The position numbers and the translations under genes were made by a program. The notes under the pieces are model-generated. The model did not search any database and was not told where the DNA came from. It saw only the letters and a program-made list of their open reading frames with translations. From Octopus bimaculoides (taxonomy: Eukaryota): DNA of 64,000 bases. The stretch spans positions 50,870,335-50,934,334 of the forward strand of contig NC_068992.1 of the NCBI RefSeq assembly GCF_001194135.2, written 5' to 3'. Below are positions 54,654 through 64,000 of the stretch, one piece after another (the first letter of the stretch is position 1; every line of letters begins with the position of its first letter).

Positions 54654-54759
54654 ATGTATATAAACAAAGTTTGCTTTGTAGGACGTGTTGAGATGTATTG
54701 AAATAAAATGTATATAAACAAAGTTTGCTTTGTAGGAAGTGTTGAGATGTATTGAAATA
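54654..54759. repeat. Tandem duplication of a 54-bp unit
   Basis: ATGTATATAAACAAAGTTTGCTTTGTAGGA(C/A)GTGTTGAGATGTATTGAAATA occurs at 54654 and 54708. Confidence 0.95.
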
Positions 54760-57425
54760 TACAGATATGGAGATAATTTATTCTCATGCGCAGAATAATG
54801 CATGTACAGTGTGAATAGGATACTATCTTTATATTGAGTTCCTGTTCCTATTAAGTTCCTGTTCCTCTGGCACTTATTTGTAACTACTCACAAGTTGCTT
54901 TGCTTAACTATTAAGACAACCATATTACAACTAACATAATAGATACAAGTGAGTGTAGGCTGATACTATAGCAATTATGTCATCTTTAAGTGTGGTAGAA
55001 TGAAATCCAGAGTCCTGATAACCAAGTCAGAAGAAAGAAACGCATTACAGTATTAGGGGACGTGTTCCCTAGCAATGCGGTTTAATTACAACATACATGC
55101 TTCGTTAACACTTTGTCTCACAACACTACCTTTTTTTTCTACTTTCTTAAAATTTTGCATATGCATGGCTGTCTTTGATTAAAACGTTCTCTACACTGTC
55201 AGTTCCTCTTCCTATCACTTATCATACAGTCTATTTTATTGTAACGGTTACCACCACTCTTGTCCCTCCTATAAACGTTAGACACCTCTTTCTCTCTCAC
55301 TTCCTCTCTATCACTCTCTCAGTCTCCGTCACACATCCTTCACACTCCAAACCTCACTCCTTACCTCTTTCCGTGATACCTTTTAATCCTTTTAATTTAT
55401 TCAGTCCTTTTTAACTTCCACCTTCATTACTTGAACACTCCACTGAACGATTTGTTTGCCAAACGTCATGTTACATCCCTTGCGGCAACCGAACTTACTG
55501 TAACATTCAAACTTACTTGGTCTGAGTCTTAGCTTATGAATATATAATTTATATATAATCTTTTATATAATGTCAGTTATATTTATTTTCAACAGTCATC
55601 ATACTTGAAGTAGATTTTGTAAATTATAGTGTCGCTTCAGTTGGAGACTTAACTCTACGATATCAATTGAGTTTCTCCGGAGAATTATTAGGTTATGTAT
55701 TTCTGTATATTTGTATTTCGTATTTCTTCATTGTTGCTTGTAATATGTCAACAAAACGGAGCAAGTGTTTTTGTTCAAGAAAATCAAATTTCCTGCATTT
55801 AGCATCCAGGAATAGTTTGCCATCTTACCTAATAAACGAACTATGTTCAGAAAAATATAGAAGTGAGACGAAGGTTGACAAGAAAGGGAATCTCAATATG
55901 TAAGATAACCTCAAGAAATTTGCGTATGTATAGATGGCGTCTGTAAATAGATGATTTCATAACTGGATCTTCGACATATGGTAATAAACAGACGCTGTCC
56001 GAAACAGCGGAAGTCAGTAGATATATACATGAAATATCGGCAATGAAAACAAGCTTTCTGTAGAGAAGGAATTCAAAATAATATTTTCGGGCGTCAATAA
56101 GACTTGGTTTAATATAGGAAATATTTTCCTGGTATCAACAATAGCTAACTCAGAAAAAAAATATACAATAGCAGACAAGGATCTGAGAGTAAGATTAATT
56201 TTGTTTCGTAAACTGCTTTTGGACAGATAGAAATCTTTAGAAAACAAAGGAAAGCAGAAGCAATAGAGTACTAAAATCAATATCTTATAATTTGCTACTT
56301 CGATTTACTTTTACGTTCAGATCTCACTTAAGTCGATTCTACCTTTCATCACGTTATGTTTGCTCGAATAAAATACTTGTAATATATTGTCAAATATTAA
56401 AACACCTTGTTGACTTTGTTTATTCCTAAGGTATTCCTGCGATGCCTATCCAGGATGTTAGTAAATCGAAGAACACGTTATCCACTGTGTGTGTCGATGT
56501 GTCACTTCTTTTTGTTTATGCTGGCTTGCTGTTATAATTAGAGACATATCACTGCTGTTTCTAAATGGTTGTGTGATCCTGTAGAAGCTCTCTCGTTGAT
56601 TCGTATACATTAAAGTTGATTCAAGTAACTACCCACTGCTCAAAAAAATTGATATTATACACGTATAGCAAATGCGTACCATTTGTTGGGCAAATATTAC
56701 ATTGATCTCTAAACAGCAACTTCAACAACTATTCCTATTCCTACTACTACTACTACTACTACTACTACTAATNNNNNNNNNNNNNNNNNNNNNNNNNNNN
56801 NNNNNNNNNNNNNNNNNNNNNNNNNNNNNNNNNNNNNNNNNNNNNNNNNNNNNNNNNNNNNNNNNNNNNNNNNNNNNNNNNNNNNNNNNNNNNNNNNNNN
56901 NNNNNNNNNNNNNNNNNNNNNNNNNNNNNNNNNNNNNNNNNNNNNNNNNNNNNNNNNNNNNNNNNNNNNNNNNNNNNNNNNNNNNNNNNNNNNNNNNNNN
57001 NNNNNNNNNNNNNNNNNNNNNNNNNNNNNNNNNNNNNNNNNNNNNNNNNNNNNNNNNNNNNNNNNNNNNNNNNNNNNNNNNNNNNNNNNNNNNNNNNNNN
57101 NNNNNNNNNNNNNNNNNNNNNNNNNNNNNNNNNNNNNNNNNNNNNNNNNNNNNNNNNNNNNNNNNNNNNNNNNNNNNNNNNNNNNNNNNNNNNNNNNNNN
57201 NNNNNNNNNNNNNNNNNNNNNNNNNNNNNNNNNNNNNNNNNNNNNNNNNNNNNNNNNNNNNNNNNNNNNNNNNNNNNNNNNNNNNNNNNNNNNNNNNNNN
57301 NNNNNNNNNNNNNNNNNNNNNNNNNNNNNNNNNNNNNNNNNNNNNNNNNNNNNNNNNNNNNNNNNNNNNNNNNNNNNNNNNNNNNNNNNNNNNNNNNNNN
57401 NNNNNNNNNNNNNNNNNNNNNNNNN

Positions 57426-57461
<36 letters not shown>

Positions 57462-58494
57462 CATATATGTGTATATATATGTGTATGTGTGTGGGGTATA
57501 TATATATGTATATGTATATGTATACGTGTATATGTGTGTGTTTATGTTTGTGTGTGTGTTCACGTAATGTGTTTTTGTTTTCCTATGTTTATTTCCTATC
57601 CATAATTTCCTTATAAACGTATATACACTTCAGCTGCACATATTTAGGATTGTTTTGAATGTCAGTGATTTCTCTGAACAAATGTATGTGTGTGTTGTGT
57701 GCATGTTGTGCTTACATACACACATACAAACACGCACGCACAAAGGCACACTCAGACACATCGTCATACACACACACACGCACGCACACACGCACACACA
57801 TACACAAAAGTGCACACGCACTCTTGGCTATACACATAGGTGCACCTATCCAAAACTTAAAGTCTAATACAACGTAGAAGTGTTACTGTAGCTTTTTAAA
57901 ATACTATAAATTTCCAATTGGGAAATTCATAAGTTATTCAAAAGTAATTATGGAAATTTGATTTTCATTTGCAATATAATTTTATTCTGACCTCATTTGC
58001 ATTTTGTGATGACAACATTAAGATATGCTGAAACTTTAAGTACTAGCTGTTTGAATACTTCTTATGGATTCTAATTTTGTTTCTTAAGATTGAAGTTGTA
58101 TTTAGAGTTTCTGGAAGTGATTAATGAATTAAGTTAATTTTATTTTGCTTTAAAATGCCCAGTTCATTGAACTTCTTTTACGATGCCTACGGGAGTGATA
58201 AAGAAGAACACATGATTTAGGAGAAACAACGCACACTAATATCTTTTTAATTAGATCATAATTTTTTATGAACTGGAGGTTGTATCACACTACGTGGCTG
58301 TAGGACCAGTCATTGATACTTGCAGACGGATGCTACATGGTTCATCTGTGGGTGATCTCCAGCATTCACAGAATAATTTGACGTATGGGGTATACAAGCC
58401 TACAAGGTAGCTATCAAAAATAATTTTGCGAAGCCTGAGATATTCGTTCTCTGATGGGAGTTTTCCCCGTGCATATTTGTGGAATATCATTTTA

Positions 58495-58895
58495 TACTCC
58501 TTTACTTGTTCCAGTCGTAGACTGCGGCCATGCTGGAACACCGACCTCTAGGGTTTTAGTCAAAGAAATCCATCCCAGCGCTTATTTTTTAAAGCCTAGT
58601 ACTTATTTGATTGGACTCTTTTGCCGAACCGCTAAGTTGCAGGGACGTAAACTGACCAACACCAAATGTCAAGAGGTGGTGGTGGTGGTGGTAGTGTTGG
58701 GTTGACACAAAGACACACGCACATAAATATATACATATATACATGCCCATCTTCTTTCAGTTTCCGTCTACCAAATCCATTCACAAGTCTTTGGTCAGCC
58801 CGAAGTAGACACTTGCCCAACGTACCACGCTGTGGGACTGAACCCGGAACCATATGGCTGGGAAGCAGGCTTCCTACCATACAGCCACGCCTGTG
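58495..58895 (-). mobile_element. SINE family A, near full length
   Basis: Same head, core and tail motifs as the 41.0-kb copy. The reverse complement includes GGTTCCGGGTTCAGTCCCACAGCGTGGTACG (B-box-like). Confidence 0.9.
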
Positions 58896-59104
58896 CCTTG
58901 TGCAAGTCGAAAGATTCTAAGTACCGCGGAGCCGAATTCACAAGTGAAGAGTAGCAGGAAGCTGAATTGGTTATTAGAATTTCAAGTGTGTTGTGTGCAT
59001 GTTGTGTTTACATACACACATACACGCACGCGCACACACATAGGCACAGTCATATACATAGGGATACACCCACACGCACGCACACACATGCGGACGCGTT
59101 GGAG

Positions 59105-59560
59105 GGTTGTTGAAAACGCCAAACTCATTACCCCAAACTCAGGTTGTGTGCTTGTTCTCACCTCATCATGAATGCTGTGTAATGGGCGAAAGAGTACGAT
59201 CTCGAACAGAAGCGATCGAAATGGGTTTCTTCGAAGAATACCTGAAGTGCCCTCACTCGTCAGGCTGCGTAACTCGGTGATAAGTGAATCTCTCCAGATC
59301 GAGCCGCTACATCTCTGCATTGAGAGATCACAGTTACAGTAATACGAAATATGTTAGAATATCAAATGAAAGAACTGCAAGACAGATACTTCGAGCTGAG
59401 CCAACTAGCAAGAGAGTTTGAGGACCAAGATTGAAATGGTCGGATAATATCTATAGTGCTAAATGGTCACACTTGGGAATCCACTCAGTGGTAGAATGAG
59501 GACTGATGCTGATAAAACTCTATGCAGGAGGTGCCAGAGGATTCTACCCCCATGGACCCT
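59105..59560 (+). mobile_element. 3' fragment of an RTE-clade LINE ORF, decayed
   Basis: Pieced translation AKL...VLVLT..HECCVMGERVRSRTEAIEMGF..RLRNSVISESLQIEPLHLCIERSQL corresponds to the RTE-like motif AKL..VFVPILTYGHESWVMTERVRSRVQAAEMGFLRR..EPLLLRIERSQLRW. Confidence 0.8.
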
Positions 59561-59929
59561 CTCAAAAAAGAATGAGCGTAGAATATGGATATATGGATAT
59601 TGAGTATAGTAATGCTAGATGAATGCACAGCGTGAATATGGGATTGTCATGGATAGAAGTTCTTAGATAATAGGTGTCTTCGATCAAGATTGGAGAATGA
59701 AAAACAACAAACACAAAAGACAACAGCAAAAAACATCTGTGCCATTGGGTAGACTTAACCGGGTTTATTGCAAGATAATTGTGGCTAATACAATGTCATT
59801 CTCTTTCATTTGTGTCAGATATCTGCAGAGTTTGGTTCTCCTCATCTCTTCAATATTTCTACGGAATCACAATTTTTGTTTCTACATGGTTGTGTATATT
59901 GAATCATATACTTCTTAGCTGCACGCACG

Positions 59930-60024
<95 letters not shown>

Positions 60025-60656
60025 GTACATATCAAAATATAATATTATCAATGTAATCACTATATATATATATTTATATATGTGTATTAATTTTTATATA
60101 TACATATATAGTGATGATATATTGAATAACTTCTGCTACTAATCGTACTTCTTAGTTACCTAGCAACACCAGAAAAATATAGCAAAATTTGTCACAAGTG
60201 ATCTGATGTCTGAATTGATGGAATCTGAACTAGATCCAAAATGTCAAAGGTTTCTTTTCATCAATAATTCCTATTGAAGTATTTATGGTGAATACAACAT
60301 TCTGTTCAACCATCTATTTTATTAATTTTATTTCAAATAGATATTTCTATAATTATTTTAAGCATTTATGTTCATGTGAGTAATAAAACACTCATTTTCT
60401 ACTTTACTTACGATTTGTGTCTTTTTGTAAGATTTTGTTTTTAAACATCATATATGTAGCACACTGCTTTGCTTTCGTTTCTACTTCACTTATCTTCTGT
60501 TTCATTGCATAAACATTTCTCACAGTAACACAACAAAGTAAGGACAGACACACACGCACACACACACATGTAGTTATTTATAAGTAATAATTTTAAATTT
60601 GTGTATACTGTTTTAAATTTGTGCATGCGTTTAAAGCACGTTTACTGTCTTCAGTG

Positions 60657-60838
60657 TGGAGGCGCAATCGCTCAGTGGTTAGGGCAGCGGATTCGCGGTC
60701 ATAGGATCGCGGTTTCGATTCCCATACCGGGCGTTGTGAGTGTTTATTGAGCGAAAAGCACCTAAAACTCCATGAGGCTCTGGTAGGGGATGGTGGCGAA
60801 CCCTGCTGTACTCTTTCACCACAACTTTCTCTCACAGG
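60657..60838 (+). mobile_element. SINE family C, 3'-truncated; followed by a minus-strand tRNA-like SINE head at ~60870-60988
   Basis: GGAGGCGCAATCGCTCAGTGGTTAGGGCAGCGGATTCGCGGTCATAGGATCGCGGTTTCGATTCCC has A- and B-box-like motifs and matches the 12.2-kb copy. Confidence 0.85.
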
Positions 60839-61675
60839 TAGTTATTACATGTAGTTCTAATATTTGCCAACTGAGCGGACTAGAGTAACGTGAATTAAAA
60901 CGTTTGCTCAAGGATAAAACGCGCCGCCGGGAATCGGACTCGTGACTTTCCGATCGTGAGCTGAATCTATAACCACTAAGCCACGCACATGCAGAATATT
61001 AACCATAAAACTCATAGAAATATTACGATTTATTTTCTTGACGTAAACTTTCAGATGGAAATGACAGAAGCATCACATTCCTGTCTCTCAAATATAAAAA
61101 TAATACATATACTTTATATGGAGATAGCGACTGTTGACTTAAGCAGAAAATATCAGTAATAAAATTTCTACTCAGAATATCATTTGAGTTTCCTTCTAAA
61201 ACAATTCACTTGTTAAAGGAATCCATAGAATAAAACAAGCACAGATCGACAAAACTATTAGTACAAGAAGCAGATCAATATGAACATGAACGCAATGCAA
61301 AAATATATCATACACAACATTAAATATTTAAAATGCACATATAAAATGTAATATATGTAGAAAATTATAATTAAGTAAAGAATAAATCAACACATTATCA
61401 AAAACTACTTAAATTAATAAGCATTAGAATAAATTTCAGAATACCATTAATGATGTACTAAGAAACAATACAATTTGAATCTGCTTATTAACAACGAGCT
61501 ACAGGCATGCAAACTCACGAACCTACCATGAACGATCATTGCAAAATAAAATGCCTAAACATCGAAATTCCAGCTGTTATTTTGGCCTTAAAACTAAACT
61601 ATCTCCCACGGTTTAAAAATACAGTGTGGTTCAAAACGTATGCACCAAAATATTTCATATTTTATCAACATAACG

Positions 61676-61688
61676 CTATTATTATTAT

Positions 61689-61725
<37 letters not shown>

Positions 61726-61759
61726 ATCTTCATCATCATCATCATCATCATCATCTTCA

Positions 61760-61820
<61 letters not shown>
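61676..61820. repeat. Compound trinucleotide microsatellite (ATT)(GTT)n(ATC)n(ATT)n
   Basis: Read directly from the sequence. Confidence 0.95.
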
Positions 61821-62379
61821 CAACGTCATCTTTCAGATTTGTTTCCATTTCTTGCCGGCTGTCTTCTTGACACCTGGAGCAGAGAAACCCACTGTAATCA
61901 GAATAATAACAGACCAGATTGTTCATTTACAAAGACCTGTGATAGAGAAAAAAAGGGGGAGAATGACCGAAAGGAAAAACGAAAAAATGAAAAGAAATAA
62001 ACGTAGAAAATAAACGGAAAAACAGGAAAGAAAATTTACAGCGACGATGCTCTTCTCAGTACGTATGACGTTCTAGTTAAGACAATCTTTTGCACTTCCT
62101 GCATGGATGGTAAGCAAGGGATCATTCTCAAATAATATTCAGTTCCTTTTTTTTTTATCATTCCAAGTGCTACTGCAATCATAGATATTGCAACTAGCTT
62201 GAGATGCCACATGTTTTCGATTTAGATTAGCAAATCTTTATATTTTCTGAGCTGATCAAATTCTTCTCACTGGGTGTGTTCATTATTATTTTCAAAGACA
62301 CACAGCAGATTAGACAGTTGGAAAAAAATTTCTAACATTGGGCGACAACAAGTAGCCTTAGATACCAATAACCCTCCTA

Positions 62380-62785
62380 TCGGACTACAACAGGTAACCT
62401 TAGATGCTAGGAACCCTCTTAAGCGTCCTAGCTGTCAATAATAACACTATTTTCTGCGGTTGTACTAAACTGGGTTTTATGCCTATTTTCTCTATCCATC
62501 CGTTCAGATCTTTAGGGATAGTTCTCAATGTACCTATAACTAGTGAGATACATTTTACCCGCACTTTCTATAGCCACTGTAATTTAATAGCTAAGTCCCG
62601 GTTTTTGTCTATCTTAGCTTTTATTCAATTTGACTCTAATGCTTGACCTTGTGCTGCTACTACCAAACTTTCTTTCTCCGTCTTCAGCTTTCCTTTCTTC
62701 AACCATAACCATGTCTCACTATTACTATTTGTTGCGAGTATATCTTCGGGAATCTACCATGCAATTCCTTTTCCTGCCAATCAGA
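62380..62785 (-). mobile_element. R4/Dong-like (restriction-like endonuclease) non-LTR retrotransposon 3' fragment with an internal deletion
   Basis: Minus translation: WQEKELHGRF...TWLWLKKGKLKTEKESLVVAAQGQALESN*IKAKIDK, then directly ..VKCISLVIGTLRTIPKDLNGWIEKIGIKPSLVQPQKIVLLLTARTLKRV. This matches the R4-clade WxxKxLHG, WLxxGxLKxETExxIxAAQ and PVVIGxLG..LQK..LLGTA.ILR motifs. Confidence 0.75.
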
Positions 62786-62911
62786 TAATTTCTGTTCTGT
62801 TTTCTGGTTTGTACGTTCGTTTGGGTTTTTGGTTTCCTTGCGTCTTGTTGTGACTCTAGCACAGAAAGTTTCATTTATTTATCTATTTATTATTATTCTA
62901 TCAAATCCACT

Positions 62912-63110
62912 TGTGTGTCTGTGTTTGTCCCTCCACCATCGCTTGACAATTGTTGTTGGTGTGTTTACGGCACCGCAATCTAGCGTTTCGGCAAAGGAAT
63001 AAGTACTAGGCTTACAAGGAATAAGTCCTGGGATTCATTTATTCGACTAAAGGCGGTGCTCCAGCATGGCCGCAGAAAAATGACTGAAACAAATACAAGA
63101 ATAAAAGAAT
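62912..63110 (+). mobile_element. SINE family A, 3' half
   Basis: GTGTTTGTCCC..ATCGCTTGACAA..AATAAGTACTAGGCTTACAA..GGCGGTGCTCCAGCATGGCCGCAG..TGACTGAAACAA. Confidence 0.9.
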
Positions 63111-63148
63111 ATATAAAACGTTTGTACGTACATACATAGTCTACATAT

Positions 63149-63520
63149 CTTTTACCTTTTACTTTTTACTTGTTTCAATGATCAGATTGCGGCCATGCTG
63201 GGCACCGCCCTGAGGAACTTTTACTCGAATGGATCGATCTTAGTACACATTTCCTTTAAAGCCTCGTACTTATTCTATCGGTTCTTTTGCCAAACCGCTA
63301 AGTTACGGGGACGTAAGCCTGTTGCCAAGAGGTGTGAGGTGGACAAAGAGAAACAGAAATACACATACATAAATATATGTATATACATATATACGACGGT
63401 CTTTTAGTTTCTATCTACCAAATCCACTCACAAGGATTCAGTCACCCAAGGCTCATGCAGTGGGAATGAACCCAGAACCATGTGGATGGGAAGCAAACAT
63501 CTACCCACGCAGCCGCCCCT
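63149..63520 (-). mobile_element. SINE family A, near full length, tail-to-tail with the previous copy
   Basis: TTACTTGTTTC..GCGGCCATGCTGGGCACCGCC..CTACCAAATCCACTCACAAG..GCAGTGGGAATGAACCCAGAACCATGTG. Confidence 0.9.
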
Positions 63521-64000
63521 GAGATGTGTGCTCGTGTTTGTGTGTGTATTTGTGTATTTGTGTGTGCCTTAAAACATCCTGGAAGAAATACCTCAGATAG
63601 TCCATTGGCAGGAGTTTGAACAGAAAGAGGAATGTAGGTATATTAAATAGCATACAGGATGAATTTGTGATTTATTGCGATTATCTTCACCTCCACAGAA
63701 GTTTAAATATTTACTGCTAGTCGCCTAGCAGTAAATGAGACCGGCTCCAAATGAAGATAGGCGATAATAATAAGAATCGCGTATTCTCCGAAATTAACAT
63801 GACATTGCGGAAAAGATATTCTGATTGTCTGGCGTGGCGGAAAATGAGTGTTTCGAAAAGAACATTTTCTAAGGTGTTTAATAAGCTAAGAGCCACGCTC
63901 AATTACGGCGAAAACCACTTTTACCATTTCTCCATGGCTTGATCGATAAAATAGCTGAAATGGATTCATTGGCTAAATCCATTACAATTAGTGATGTAAT

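Noticed and set aside
60657-60730. tRNA-like sequence (also at 12480-12525, 47834 and 58840)
   Set aside because: These are SINE heads. They continue into repeat bodies found several times in the window and lack a complete cloverleaf.

Overview
AT-rich eukaryotic draft-scaffold window with 19 N-gaps, most of them next to microsatellites. It is not prokaryotic: I found no operons, CRISPR arrays, rRNA or bona fide tRNA genes. The SINE types and the very high density of (TA)n/(CA)n/(GATA)n/(ATT)n repeats suggest an octopus or other coleoid cephalopod (inference). I recognise no complete protein-coding gene, and nearly all entries in the ORF track are microsatellite, N-gap or chance ORFs. Supported features: (i) a probable 5' end of a spliced gene for a secreted protein (donor at 569, signal-peptide exon 1060-1160); (ii) decayed transposase relics of two Tc1/mariner lineages (mariner-type at 25.6, 28.0 and 48.4 kb; maT/DD37D-like at 14.8, 37.2 and 51.9 kb); (iii) 3' fragments of three non-LTR retrotransposon clades (CR1/L2-group at 18.5 kb, RTE-like at 59.1 kb, R4/Dong-like at 62.4 kb); (iv) many tRNA-derived SINE copies of at least three families; (v) a Penelope-type terminal repeat with a minimal hammerhead ribozyme fold whose core is the variant CUGUUGA (53.3 kb), and a second hammerhead-like core (32.7 kb); (vi) an old collinear ~400-bp duplication (23.0/30.5 kb); (vii) assembly artefacts (Illumina adapter remnant, duplicated contig ends). 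All translations and alignments were done by eye; no searches were run.
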